Of a stretch of 64,000 nt of DNA, positions 1-10,063 are shown piece after piece. The position numbers and the translations under genes were made by a program. Each line of letters starts with the position of its first letter. The first letter of the stretch is position 1. This DNA comes from Rubripirellula sp. Lineage in GTDB: Bacteria > Planctomycetota > Planctomycetia > Pirellulales > Pirellulaceae. The stretch covers positions 1,888,001-1,952,000 of the forward strand of contig OZ244207.1 of the NCBI GenBank assembly GCA_965216875.1. Direction: 5' to 3'. Under the pieces are notes generated by a model. That model was not told the origin of the DNA and did no database searches. It saw nothing but the letters and a program-made list of their open reading frames with translations.

Positions 1-2
1 GC

Positions 3-3000
3 AAGGAAGTAATACGCTCGCTCATCTATTGGCCCGCGGTTGTTTCGGCAACCGTGGTCGGTGTTGCATGGCTATCCGCCCCCGATGGGCCAAGCACACA
101 GTGGCTATTGACCGCGATTGAATCGATCGAGTTTGAATCGGAAACGGGGCGCAGTTGGCCGCAGCGACCGGTGGTGTTCAACGAAGCCGAGTTAGCGGCC
201 TGGCCCGTCCCCGATGAATCGGGCCCCGCATCACTTTCCGATCTCGAAGTGCCGAGTGTCGATTTCAAGGTGCTCGAGCGCGAACAAGCACACTCGCTCG
301 AACTGCCTGCCCGACTCGCTGGTGCTCGCAAGCAATCGCTTGAATCGAAAGCTAACGAAAACGAAGCCAAAGCAAAGACCATCAAGGCTCCCGTGCGCAA
401 TGAGCGGCAAGAAATCGCTGGTCTGATTTTGCAAGAGCCGCGACTCCCTGGCCTCGATCTGACACCGCTGGTCGAGTCGCTTCGTGAATCTTCCGAAGCA
501 GAAACGAACGACGACCAGCAAGTTCAGGACGCGCGAGAGGGTTCCGATGATTTCGTCGGCCCGCCGCGCCCCGAATATGTCGTGATCGAAGAGGAGATTG
601 AAAGCTCGTCGATTCTTCCGAAGTCCGTTTCGGCACTGGGCAACCTTGTCGAACCTGACGTCGAGGCGATTGATCAAGACGAAAGCCAAATCACCCTTGC
701 GTTGCCGACGGAACTTGAGGCTACAGGTGAGCCCGCCGTCGATGCTGAGAAAGAGGTGGTTGAAGATGAGGTTCAATCGGCAAGCGATTCGCTGACACTT
801 TCGCAGGCAGAGGTCGAGCCTGAAGCTGTGCCTCCTATTCCAGTGATTGTGGAAACGGAACAGCAAACCGATGCGTTGCCAGAAGTGATCAAGGCAGAAC
901 CAGCACTTCCAGAAACAGCCAACGTTGTGCGCACCGAAACACCCCAGCGCCCGGAAATCCGCGTTGGACCGGCCGCTTGGCCCGTGACCAATGCGCTCGA
1001 CTTGTCGCTCAAGTCGCTTGAAGGTACCGCGGCATCGGAGTGGGCCGAAAAGGTTTCCCAGCAGTTGACGGCACTTCGCCAATTGGCTCGGATCGGCGCG
1101 CCTGAATCGGGTCAATTGCTTGACGAACTGGACGAACTCGCAACGCAAGGCCTCGAGAGTGCGGAGGAGATCTCCGATCGGGATGTCCAGATCCAATGGC
1201 TCCGTACGGCGTTCGCCGTCAAACGACGTGTCGCTGTTTGGAATCCGATTTGGTCTGTCGCGAGCGACGAGGATCCGACTTGGATGGTCAGCGATCAAGA
1301 TTCGCTGGTCAGCGAGGAGATTGACCAAGTCATCGCAAGCGTCCGCAACGACCTTGAAGAAACCGGCGATCAGGCCGCTTGGTCGCGCTACCTGATGCTC
1401 GATCAAGTCGCCAATATGAGCGAAACGACTGAGTACCGCCAACGCCAGGTGATTGCTCAGCGTTTGTTGTCTCGTTTGCAGTGGCATGGCCTGGATGACG
1501 AACATCTGCGTTGGCTAAACCGTGATTCGGTGGCTGACTTGGCAGAAACGATTCGTCCTTGGGCTCGCAGCGCCGTCGACTACGCACAACTGATGCAGCA
1601 GATGGAACGCCGCGAATCGGATGCGATCGATTTGGCCGCCATCGATATCGCCGGCGTGGTGCAGACGCTTCGATTTGCGGAGAGCCAAAAGGCGACCTCG
1701 GTAGCCACAGCACTCGATACCTACTACCGCAACGCAAACGTTCGTACTGCGATTAGCGATACGCTGCTACAGCGTTTCTTGCCAACGGTCGAGACGCAGG
1801 TGAAGCCGGTTCGGGAACGCATGTTTGGCAGTAACATTCGTGGCACAAGCCAAATCGACAGCGACTTGCAGATTGCGTTGTCGCCTTCGCCAGACCGTTG
1901 GAACATTTGTCTGAAAACGCTCGGCGATGTTCGGACCAACTCGACCGGCTACAACGGTCCGGTTGCGCTGCGAACGCGTGGCCAATCACGATTCGTCGCC
2001 GAGACGCCGATTGTTGTCACCCGCAAAGGAGCCACCATCGGGAACTCGGTGGTCAACGCCACAGGCACGACGCGACTGCGCGGCATTCGGACTGACTATG
2101 ACGGCTGGCCGCTGATCGGGTCGCTCACGAAGAGCTATGCCGAGAGCCAGTACCAGGCGATCGCTGCGAAGTCGAATCGCGTGGCCAACCGCAAGATTCA
2201 AAAGCAGGTTGGTGACGAAATTGACACGCGTTTGACTCAATCGGTCAACGAGTCCTCGGAGAAACTGAGTGACTTGGTGCTCGGCCCGCTTGGCCGCTTG
2301 CAGCTCGATCCGAAAGTGGTTGACATGCAAACGACCGAGTCGAGGATTTTGGCACGCTATCGATTGGCCGGTGACTGGCAGCTCGCTGCATTCACCCCGC
2401 GGCCACGAGCTCCTCGCTCGAGTTTGATGAGCGTTCAGGTGCATCAGTCGGCAATCAACAACACGCTTGAGCAGCTTGTACCCAAGGACGAGCCAAAGTT
2501 GATTCAGGAGATCTTTAGCGATTCGTTGGTGTTGTTCGGAAGCGACGAGCGTGAATTGCCGGACGACATGCCCGATGACGTCAGCGTGCAATTTGCAAAG
2601 ACACGTCCGATCACGATCGAAGTCGAAGACGGCAGTCTTTGGGTGACGCTTCGCGTGATGAAGCTGACGCGTGGCAAGAAGCTGAATCTAAAACGATTCA
2701 TCGTCCGTGCACGTTACTTGCCACAATACGACGGTTTGAATGCGTCGCTCGTTCGCGAAGGCCATCTCAGTATCAGCGGTCCGCGAATGTCGATGCGTGA
2801 CCGGCTGCCGCTGCGAGCGATCTTCAACAAGGTGCTCTCGCCAAATCGACCGCTGCAACTCACTTTGCCTCGCTTGGTCGAACATCCAGCAGCCGAAGGG
2901 TTGGCGATTAGCCAGCTGGAACTGCGTGACGGTTGGATCGCACTTGCCGTTAGTGAAGCGGCGGCACCAAAGATCGCCATTCGTCGTCCCGCCGACCTGC

Positions 3001-3023
3001 AGCCATCAACAGTGCTGCGGTAA
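3..3023 (+). CDS. Large membrane-anchored hypothetical protein (planctomycete-type), probably 5'-truncated by the window edge
   Basis: Frame is open from position 3 (KEVIRSLIYWPAVVSATVVGVAWL, hydrophobic anchor). An acidic Pro/Glu-rich linker is followed by a helical region and a beta-rich C-terminal half. 989+ codons. Confidence 0.85.
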   Translation, partial: KEVIRSLIYWPAVVSATVVGVAWLSAPDGPSTQWLLTAIESIEFESETGRSWPQRPVVFNEAELAAWPVPDESGPASLSDLEVPSVDFKVLEREQAHSLELPARLAGARKQSLESKANENEAKAKTIKAPVRNERQEIAGLILQEPRLPGLDLTPLVESLRESSEAETNDDQQVQDAREGSDDFVGPPRPEYVVIEEEIESSSILPKSVSALGNLVEPDVEAIDQDESQITLALPTELEATGEPAVDAEKEVVEDEVQSASDSLTLSQAEVEPEAVPPIPVIVETEQQTDALPEVIKAEPALPETANVVRTETPQRPEIRVGPAAWPVTNALDLSLKSLEGTAASEWAEKVSQQLTALRQLARIGAPESGQLLDELDELATQGLESAEEISDRDVQIQWLRTAFAVKRRVAVWNPIWSVASDEDPTWMVSDQDSLVSEEIDQVIASVRNDLEETGDQAAWSRYLMLDQVANMSETTEYRQRQVIAQRLLSRLQWHGLDDEHLRWLNRDSVADLAETIRPWARSAVDYAQLMQQMERRESDAIDLAAIDIAGVVQTLRFAESQKATSVATALDTYYRNANVRTAISDTLLQRFLPTVETQVKPVRERMFGSNIRGTSQIDSDLQIALSPSPDRWNICLKTLGDVRTNSTGYNGPVALRTRGQSRFVAETPIVVTRKGATIGNSVVNATGTTRLRGIRTDYDGWPLIGSLTKSYAESQYQAIAAKSNRVANRKIQKQVGDEIDTRLTQSVNESSEKLSDLVLGPLGRLQLDPKVVDMQTTESRILARYRLAGDWQLAAFTPRPRAPRSSLMSVQVHQSAINNTLEQLVPKDEPKLIQEIFSDSLVLFGSDERELPDDMPDDVSVQFAKTRPITIEVEDGSLWVTLRVMKLTRGKKLNLKRFIVRARYLPQYDGLNASLVREGHLSISGPRMSMRDRLPLRAIFNKVLSPNRPLQLTLPRLVEHPAAEGLAISQLELRDGWIALAVSEAAAPKIAIRRPADLQPSTVLR

Positions 3024-3062
3024 AAGTCCCGGCGACTGTCCGTTCGCGACGGCTTCGGTCTT

Positions 3063-3102
3063 GGCTGCAGATGCGGTGCATTCTCCTCTTGCATCTGCAG
3101 CC
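3063..3102. terminator. Hairpin between convergent genes, possible bidirectional terminator
   Basis: Perfect 12-bp inverted repeat GGCTGCAGATGC...GCATCTGCAGCC between stops at 3023 and 3119; no clear U-tract. Confidence 0.5.
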
Positions 3103-3118
3103 CGCGATTGACCGACGC

Positions 3119-4201
3119 CTAGGAGTCGATCCCCGCAAGTTCGCAAAGATGCGCCTGAGCCACTGGCTGTGGGCAACTCCAAACTAGAAAAAACAAAGCC
3201 TCCCGGCACCAACGACCAACCGCATGTCCTTCCAAGAATCCAGCACCCTTTGCCGCAGTCAACGCCGCTTGGGTGGTGCGCAACACAAGCCGATTCGCAT
3301 TGCCGCGGATGTTCGACGCGTCGCAGGCGGCGTCACCGGCGGCCGCGCGCAGCAGCGTTTCTTCAAGCTGGCGAACATCGGCGTCCAGCTGAGACACCGC
3401 CATACGCAAGTCATCTCTTCGGCTGGCTTCTTGCTGCAGGAAGTGCATCGCAGCTTTGGAAAGCCCGATCGCGAGTGTGGAGGTTTGCAAGCCGCCGGTG
3501 CCCGCGCCGACTCCGGTGCGCATCACGTTTTCGATCGGTCCGGCAAGGATCATCTCTTGGTCGACATGAACGTTGTCGAATTCGAGGCGGTCAGTGCAGC
3601 TGGCGGTCAACGAGACGAGAGCCGCACCAGGACCTGGACGCACTCCCTCAGTCTCTCGCTCGACGGCCGCAAGGATTTCGCGTCCGTCGTCGAGTGTCGC
3701 TCCCACGACGTAAAGATCGCCGTGCGGGACTCCGGTGACCCAGGGCGAGAGCCCGTTAAGCAAGAATCCGCTCTCGGTAGGCTCCGATTGAAGAGCCGGC
3801 TTGCCCAGATGGCGGCTACTGGTCGTCAGGTGACTGATACCGACGGTCGCGAACGAGCTTCCCGAAACGAGGGGCTCAAGCCATCGGTCGGCGACGGCTC
3901 GGTTCTCGCTTCCCGCGATGCGACGAATCGCACCCATGTACTGCGTGATCACGAATGTCGTGTTCAGATCGGCTTGTGCCAGTCGGAGGTAGCCGCGAGT
4001 CTGATCTCGATCGGACCATCCGTAGCCGCCGACTTCGGCTCCCAAAAACCAGCGGTAAACTCCCGCTTGTCCGCACAACCGAAGCGTCTCGCTCGGCCAC
4101 GCCGCCACGGAGTTTTCACCCGAGACCGACTCGGCGATTCGCTCACAGAGCTGGTCAAGTTCAGGACTATCGGGCGTCTCGACCGGCATTACTCGGTTCA
4201 T
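3119..4201 (-). CDS. Acyl-CoA dehydrogenase family protein
   Basis: WPSETLRLCGQAG, GGYG, GFLLNGLSPWVTG, LEFDNVHV, AKGAGF..GH..RWCREA motifs of the ACAD fold. Start moved to ATG 4201 (ORF track 4297). Confidence 0.85.
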   Translation of the reverse strand: MNRVMPVETPDSPELDQLCERIAESVSGENSVAAWPSETLRLCGQAGVYRWFLGAEVGGYGWSDRDQTRGYLRLAQADLNTTFVITQYMGAIRRIAGSENRAVADRWLEPLVSGSSFATVGISHLTTSSRHLGKPALQSEPTESGFLLNGLSPWVTGVPHGDLYVVGATLDDGREILAAVERETEGVRPGPGAALVSLTASCTDRLEFDNVHVDQEMILAGPIENVMRTGVGAGTGGLQTSTLAIGLSKAAMHFLQQEASRRDDLRMAVSQLDADVRQLEETLLRAAAGDAACDASNIRGNANRLVLRTTQAALTAAKGAGFLEGHAVGRWCREALFFLVWSCPQPVAQAHLCELAGIDS

Positions 4202-4650
4202 AAGGGCTTCCAATGGGCCCAGGCCGTGGCTGGGCGGGTTCGGTGCAGCGGGCGAGATTTCGATGCGCGTTCTCGGCGCCCGCCTACGCGTGATCATCTA
4301 AGAACCGTGCACGATGGTTCACTGCCGAAGTATTGGGCCTCGCGTCCGATTCGGCAAGAAGACGATCCCCCTTGCCGCCCTTCTTACCAGTTTTGCCAGA
4401 AGGCTCCGAGCAAACCGCCGCGAAGCCCTGGTTTGCGAGAGAAGTGCCGCACGGAGCCTAGTTTCTGGTTCTGTTTTGGTGAGGAAATCGTTATCTTTCT
4501 GGGGCACACGTGAGCATCCCGGTGCGAGGATCGCCCACGGCGAAGAGAGATCGTCGTAGGAAATGGAATGATTGACGGATGACTTGGTGGTCGGCACCCG
4601 AATTGCCGTTCACCTCCACGAACTAACCTAAAGAGTATCAGCGAGCTTTC

Positions 4651-6861
4651 ATGAGCCAGACCGAACTTCCCCCGCCTGTCTCGCCGACATCGCCCCTTTT
4701 GACCCCCGATCCGGCCCACCATCACGCCGACGACTTGTATGGCAAGTTGTGGGCATTGGCAAACAACCTGTGGTGGAGTTGGCATCCGGAATGCGATCAG
4801 TTGTTTCGCGACATCGACCCGATTCGATGGCGACAGCTCGACCACAACCCGGTTGCTTTGTTGCGCGAATTGACCCCGGAACAACTTGCCGAACGTGCCA
4901 GCGAATTGGTTTTGCATAGCCGAATCAATTACGCCTACCGAAGACTGCAAGAGTACTTGGCGAGTAACTCAAGTTGGGCGGCAACCAACGCAGGCGTCTT
5001 GGGCGCAAAGCCGGTTGCCTATTTCTCGGCCGAGTTTGGTATCCATGAGTCGGTACCGATCTACAGTGGCGGTCTTGGCGTTCTCGCGGGCGACCATATC
5101 AAGAGTGCCTCTGGATTGGGCGTGCCACTGGTTGGCGTTGGTCTGTATTACTCGCAAGGCTACTTCCGCCAGTACCTGGACGAAGAAGGCTATCAGCGCG
5201 AAGACTATTTGGTCACGCAAATCGACAACCTGCCAATGCAACCAGCGTTGGACAAAGATGGCAAGCCGATCACGGTTTCGATCGATACCCGAAACGGCCA
5301 ATTGCTCGCCAAGGTTTGGCTGATGCATGTGGGGCGCGTCCGCCTTTACCTGCTCGATTGCAATGTCGAAGGCAACAAACCCGAAGACCGTGAATTGACC
5401 AGCCGCCTTTACGGTGGTGACCAACGCACTCGGATTCGCCAAGAGCTTGTGCTTGGCGTTGGTGGCGTCAAAGCACTCAGCGCTTTGGGAATCGATCCAG
5501 GCGTCTATCACCTCAATGAAGGCCACTCGGCGTTTGGTGCTCTGCAAGTCATCAATAAGTTGATGCAAGAAGATGGGATGACGTTTGCCGAAGCACAGCA
5601 TCAAGCGGCACGCATGACTTGCTTCACCACGCACACGCCCGTTCCCGCTGGCCACGACCGTTTCCCGCCAGAATTGGTTGAAGAACACCTGGGGCCGCTG
5701 CGTGACTCTCTTGGCATTTCCGAAAAGGATTTGCTCGGACTCGGACGCGTCGATGTCAACAACGACTCCGAGACGTTCTGCATGACCGTGATCGGATTCA
5801 AGATGAGCCGCTACGCCAATGCGGTGAGTAACTTGCACGGCGTTGTGTCACGCAAAATGTGGGCTCACATGTTCCCCGATCGCCCCGAAGATGATGTGCC
5901 GATTGGACACATCACCAACGGCGTTCACGTTCCGTCATGGTTGGCTGGCCAAATGGCACAGCTGTATGACAAGCATTTCCCCAGCGACTGGAAGAGTCGA
6001 ATCTACGACCCCGAGGCGTGGAGTTCGATTCACTCGGTCGATCCGGGCGAGCTTTGGGAGACGCACAACGCGCTGAAGAACAATCTGCTCTCGTTCGTTC
6101 GACGACGAGTCAGTCGGCAGTGTCGTCGTCGCGGCGAAAGTGACACCGTGGTCGAAGCAGCCCGCCGCGTGCTTGATCCACGCGTGCTGACGATCGGTTT
6201 CGGGCGTCGCTTTGCTACCTACAAGCGTGCAAACCTGTTGTTCAGCGAAATCGATCGTATCGCCGGGATCTTGCAGGATACCGACCGTCCCGTGCAGCTG
6301 ATTTACGCCGGAAAGGCTCACCCGAAAGACGAACCGGGCAAACGCTTTATCCAAGAGATTTCGAACCTTCGTCACGACCCACGTTTCCAAGGGCGTGTGG
6401 CCTTTATTGAGGACTACGACATCAACGTTTGTCGTCACTTGATTCAGGGCGTCGACGTTTGGCTGAACAATCCACGTCGCCCGCTTGAGGCCAGTGGTAC
6501 CAGTGGCCAAAAGGTTGTGCTCAACGGCGGACTCAATTGCAGCATCCTCGATGGTTGGTGGGGCGAAGCCTACAACGGTGTCAATGGTTTCGCGATCGGA
6601 CAGGGGCGAAGTCATCGTGATGACGAGATCACGGATGCTCGCGATGCCGAAGCACTGTACGACACGATCGAGAATCAGGTGATTCCCTGTTACTACGATC
6701 GCGATGCCGATGGCCTTCCCAAGGCATGGATCAACCGCATGATGCACAGCATCAGCACGCTGGCTTGGCGATTTAGTAGTCACCGAATGGTGGCCGACTA
6801 TACCGTCCACGGTTACCTTTGGGCGGCCGGCGGCGTGACCTGCGACATGCGGTATCGCTAG
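4651..6861 (+). CDS. glgP: Alpha-glucan (glycogen/maltodextrin) phosphorylase, GT35
   Basis: NLWWSW, AYFSAEFG, YSGGLGVLAGD, HLNEGH, TTHTPVPAGHD, RRFATYKRA, GKAHP and PLP-lysine motif EASGTSGQK. Confidence 0.97.
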   Translation: MSQTELPPPVSPTSPLLTPDPAHHHADDLYGKLWALANNLWWSWHPECDQLFRDIDPIRWRQLDHNPVALLRELTPEQLAERASELVLHSRINYAYRRLQEYLASNSSWAATNAGVLGAKPVAYFSAEFGIHESVPIYSGGLGVLAGDHIKSASGLGVPLVGVGLYYSQGYFRQYLDEEGYQREDYLVTQIDNLPMQPALDKDGKPITVSIDTRNGQLLAKVWLMHVGRVRLYLLDCNVEGNKPEDRELTSRLYGGDQRTRIRQELVLGVGGVKALSALGIDPGVYHLNEGHSAFGALQVINKLMQEDGMTFAEAQHQAARMTCFTTHTPVPAGHDRFPPELVEEHLGPLRDSLGISEKDLLGLGRVDVNNDSETFCMTVIGFKMSRYANAVSNLHGVVSRKMWAHMFPDRPEDDVPIGHITNGVHVPSWLAGQMAQLYDKHFPSDWKSRIYDPEAWSSIHSVDPGELWETHNALKNNLLSFVRRRVSRQCRRRGESDTVVEAARRVLDPRVLTIGFGRRFATYKRANLLFSEIDRIAGILQDTDRPVQLIYAGKAHPKDEPGKRFIQEISNLRHDPRFQGRVAFIEDYDINVCRHLIQGVDVWLNNPRRPLEASGTSGQKVVLNGGLNCSILDGWWGEAYNGVNGFAIGQGRSHRDDEITDARDAEALYDTIENQVIPCYYDRDADGLPKAWINRMMHSISTLAWRFSSHRMVADYTVHGYLWAAGGVTCDMRYR

Positions 6862-6868
6862 GCAATAG

Positions 6869-6963
6869 GTAGGTCATGCTGTGCATGACAACGCGTGAAT
6901 TGTCATGCGGAGCATGACCTACGGAATGACACCGCATGAATTGTCATGCGAAGCATGATCTAC
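6869..6963. repeat. GTAG-type REP cluster (family A): one forward and two reverse copies
   Basis: GTAGGTCATGCTGTGCATGACAA at 6869. Reverse copies TTGTCATGCGGAGCATGACCTAC (ends 6922) and TTGTCATGCGAAGCATGATCTAC (ends 6963, contains the stop of the convergent gene). Confidence 0.85.
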
Positions 6964-7604
6964 AGGATCCCGAGCACCTCACCAACTTTCTTAGTCATGG
7001 CTTGACCGAGGACGTTGGTTTGATCGGCCGTGAGGTGCACACCATCTTCGTCGCTGGTTGTGATCACGCTTCCAGCATCGAAGAATTCGCAATCATTCGC
7101 ATGGGCGATGTTCCGATAGGCTTCGGCAAGCCCCACTGATTTCTTGTCGCCACCGGTGAATTTCGGTGTGATGAAACCTCGTGGTGGTTTTAACGCTGGC
7201 GGGGCCATCACCATGATCTTCGGAACACCCATGGTCGGTTCGATCGGCGCTGATCGAACCGCCGTGATCAACGTTTGAATACCGAGCGCGGACAAGTCGG
7301 CGTTGTAGGCATGCATCGACTGAAAGTCATTCACTCCAAGTGCGATGATCACCATCGCGAGAGGCGTGTTGACCTCGATCCGTTGTTGAAGTCCGATCAA
7401 TCCGTTGCGGCCCTCTTTGAAGGGATCTTCAAGGACCGTGCGCCGACCGTTCAAGCAGTCCTCGATCATTCTCACGTTGGGGCTGCCCGCGTTCAAATTG
7501 GCTTCGACGATGCCGGGCCAACGTTGCTCGAAAGGCAGGCGTTCGCGAGTGCCCGGAATGATTCCCCAGGTCAGTGAATCGCCATAGACAAGGATTTGTT
7601 TCAC
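6960..7604 (-). CDS. SGNH/GDSL hydrolase (arylesterase/acyltransferase-like)
   Basis: ILVYGDSLTWG, EDCLNGRRT, LGVND, DGVHL catalytic blocks. Start moved to GTG 7604 with upstream GAGG. Confidence 0.92.
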   Translation of the reverse strand: MKQILVYGDSLTWGIIPGTRERLPFEQRWPGIVEANLNAGSPNVRMIEDCLNGRRTVLEDPFKEGRNGLIGLQQRIEVNTPLAMVIIALGVNDFQSMHAYNADLSALGIQTLITAVRSAPIEPTMGVPKIMVMAPPALKPPRGFITPKFTGGDKKSVGLAEAYRNIAHANDCEFFDAGSVITTSDEDGVHLTADQTNVLGQAMTKKVGEVLGIL

Positions 7605-7688
7605 GTCATGTGCCTCTGCAGGTATCCGGATGTGACGCACTGTTGAAACAAAAAACGGATCGCATTTCAAGCGGGCGTGTTTGTGGCC

Positions 7689-7780
7689 GTGAGCCGCTGG
7701 CCGTCAGGCCTCGGGCCCTTGCCGACGCGCAGCGAGCGTGAAGGCGATCAAGGCCCGGCCGCTTACGCGATCGCGGCTCA
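7689..7780. repeat. GTGAGCCG...CGGCTCA palindromic doublet (family B), copy 1
   Basis: Left arm GTGAGCCGCTGGCCGTCAGGCCTCGGGC and right arm GCCCGGCCGCTTACGCGATCGCGGCTCA recur at 32741, 49033 and 49222. Confidence 0.9.
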
Positions 7781-7836
7781 GTTGTGTGAACTTGGCGAGG
7801 GTTTCTGCTGGTGGAAGCGCAATTCAATCCATAGCA

Positions 7837-9837
7837 CTAGCGGGCATGCACGACGGTGTTCCCACGCTCGACCACATAGGCAAAGTCGAGTTCGCCCTCG
7901 TGAGATTTTGGGTGCTTGGCCGTATAGGGAGACCAAGTGTGAAGTTGCCCGCGGTCCGCAAAGTGGTAGTAGAGGACGTGCTTCAAGAACCGTTCGTCGA
8001 AACAGTACATGTACCAATGAGAACCCCAGCCAAATGCGTGTTTTCCGATTGGACGGTTGTAGGGAGTGGGGAGCTCTTCCTTTGAATAGGCCCAGCGCCG
8101 TTCACTCATTGCGCCTTGTCGACGATACGCCATGAATCCTCGCATCGTCGATTTCATGTCAACGTCGAATCGAGCCGGACACGCAACAATGCGACTCGCC
8201 AGGATGGTTGCGTAGTTTTTCGCATCGTTCCTTCCGGAGGAGACGCGGTAGCCGTTGTTGCAATAGAAACCGCCCAGACGCCCCAGCACAGATCTGTCAT
8301 CGTGCGTGAATGAACTGACGATCAATTTCTTTCGCCTGAGTGGTTCATCAATGTCGGCAACCAAAACGGTTTCCAAGCTGCGGTCGTCAAAGGCAAGGAA
8401 CCGCCAAAGGGCTCCGGGGCTCGCGCCGATGGTATTGTTGCGCATCCGCAACAACTCAATCTGCTGATGGTTGCCAAAGGATTCGCACGCATCACGCCAC
8501 AACTTGGGTTCAACGTAGAGTCTCAATTTCCAGTCGGGCCAAGATCGCAATTCAGCGACGCGTGCGTGCAACGCTTGCCAGTATTTTTCGCGCCACTTGG
8601 CATCGTCCACGTCGGATTCGTTTTCTGACGTGTTGTCAGGGTGGCACTTGAAGAGACTTGCCGAGATGCAACGCGTGTGGGGCCTTAGTCGATCGATGTC
8701 GTATTCATACGGATCGCAGGTGAGTTCGCCCGATTCGATGAACGCTTCTTGAAAAGCATCCTGCAAGTCTTCGCTGCAAAGCGTGTCAACGCTGACGGGC
8801 GGATACATCTGGGTGATGCAACCCGGTTTCGACTTGGGGTTGCCCCTTTTCTCGGAACTCAGCGTCGTGGCGGAACGCCCATTGATCTTTTTCGAAAGTT
8901 CGTCAAGTACTTGAAAGCTGAAGGCCTCGTGAGCGAGACCTGGGTGATAGCGGTTTTCTGTTGAAGGCTGCGGCGTCGAATCGTAGTGAGAGTCTTCGAG
9001 CTTGAATTTGTCGTTCACTCGGTGTTGGAAGATGACGTGACCACGGTAGTCCCGCTGCAGGATGCAGTGGGATTGAAAATGAGACTCAGGCCACATGCGA
9101 CCATAGGGCGTTCCCGTTCGTTGCCAGGCGAAGGGGAACGTGTCTTTGTCGCCCCAGATGTATCGATAGGAGATGTCGGCCGCTTCGTTATAGAAGCCCG
9201 CCAATCGTAGTTGTTTCCAGCAACGCTCGCGGTCCACCATCAGTTGTCCCGACTCGGCGAGCCGTCCGGTTGGCGGATCGATTTCGAACAGGTTGCAATT
9301 GGCCGTGTTGATCTTGGTCGGCGACGTCTTGAGGTCAGGCCAGATCACGGCGCCGTGGTCGCGAAAACCGCTCCACTCGAAAAGGTAGTTTGGTTCCTTG
9401 ACGGGAAAGCAGTCAGCATCAAGCAGTAGGACTTCGCGAAAACGTGAATTGAGTAGCGCATAAGACTTTAGCTGCCACCCTTTCCACCAATGCCAATCAA
9501 GGAAGCGAAACGGAGCTGTTTCTCTTAGCCGGTCGGCATTGACGAAGGTGACGTCGTACGCGGAAATCTCGTTCCCGATGGCCTCGTCAATTTCGCCATC
9601 GAAATGCCAAACCTCAATCGGTAGGTTGCAGCCGAGTTTGCGAATCACACGGACCGAAACATAAACCGAGGGCAAATAGGGCCCGCCGCCCACAATCACG
9701 ATTCCGCGATCGGCTTCGATGCGAGGCTCGACGGATGTGTCGTTGATGCGTCGCTGGACGGCGAGTTGGAAACCTTCAACGACATTGGGCCAAAGCCACC
9801 AGGGCCCACCCTCGCGTGGCTGCGCAGGTTGACTCAA
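7837..9837 (-). CDS. Two-domain glycosyltransferase: GT71 (Mnn2/Mnn5-like alpha-mannosyltransferase) plus a second GT-A-like domain
   Basis: RGIVIVGGG, LPIEVW, QLKSYALLNSRFREVLLLDAD, IWPD, ESGQLMVD, GDKDTFPFAW match GT71. The C-terminal domain has WKLRLYV and ALWRFLAFDD..VLVADID. Start uncertain (TTG 9837 with GAGG upstream, or TTG 9900). Confidence 0.8.
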   Translation of the reverse strand: MSQPAQPREGGPWWLWPNVVEGFQLAVQRRINDTSVEPRIEADRGIVIVGGGPYLPSVYVSVRVIRKLGCNLPIEVWHFDGEIDEAIGNEISAYDVTFVNADRLRETAPFRFLDWHWWKGWQLKSYALLNSRFREVLLLDADCFPVKEPNYLFEWSGFRDHGAVIWPDLKTSPTKINTANCNLFEIDPPTGRLAESGQLMVDRERCWKQLRLAGFYNEAADISYRYIWGDKDTFPFAWQRTGTPYGRMWPESHFQSHCILQRDYRGHVIFQHRVNDKFKLEDSHYDSTPQPSTENRYHPGLAHEAFSFQVLDELSKKINGRSATTLSSEKRGNPKSKPGCITQMYPPVSVDTLCSEDLQDAFQEAFIESGELTCDPYEYDIDRLRPHTRCISASLFKCHPDNTSENESDVDDAKWREKYWQALHARVAELRSWPDWKLRLYVEPKLWRDACESFGNHQQIELLRMRNNTIGASPGALWRFLAFDDRSLETVLVADIDEPLRRKKLIVSSFTHDDRSVLGRLGGFYCNNGYRVSSGRNDAKNYATILASRIVACPARFDVDMKSTMRGFMAYRRQGAMSERRWAYSKEELPTPYNRPIGKHAFGWGSHWYMYCFDERFLKHVLYYHFADRGQLHTWSPYTAKHPKSHEGELDFAYVVERGNTVVHAR

Positions 9838-9939
9838 GGTCGACGCTACCTCTTGCGGCGTCGAAGCCCGCGTGATTGCTGAAGTCGTGAGGCCGAGCAA
9901 TGCGAAGAGCTCCCGATTGCAGTTTTTCCCATTGGATGT

Positions 9940-10010
9940 AACCCCGTGCCCTAGCTACCAAGTGCCCGACTACCCCGTGCCCGGCTACCCCGTGCCCGGC
10001 TACCCCGTGG
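9940..10010. repeat. 15-bp tandem repeat (about 4.5 units)
   Basis: CTACCCCGTGCCCGG units with degenerate flanking copies (CTACCAAGTGCCCGA; TAACCCCGTGCCCTAG). Confidence 0.9.
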
Positions 10011-10063
10011 TAGGAATGCTCAGACAGGAAATCGGTGCTAAGGTTTCCGCCTTGATGGCGTGA

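Noticed and set aside
231..4513. Long antisense ORFs (231-1505, 3224-4513; likewise 5935-6810, 44673-45623, 51328-52353)
   Set aside because: Shadow frames opposite well-supported genes in GC-rich DNA, without recognisable motifs
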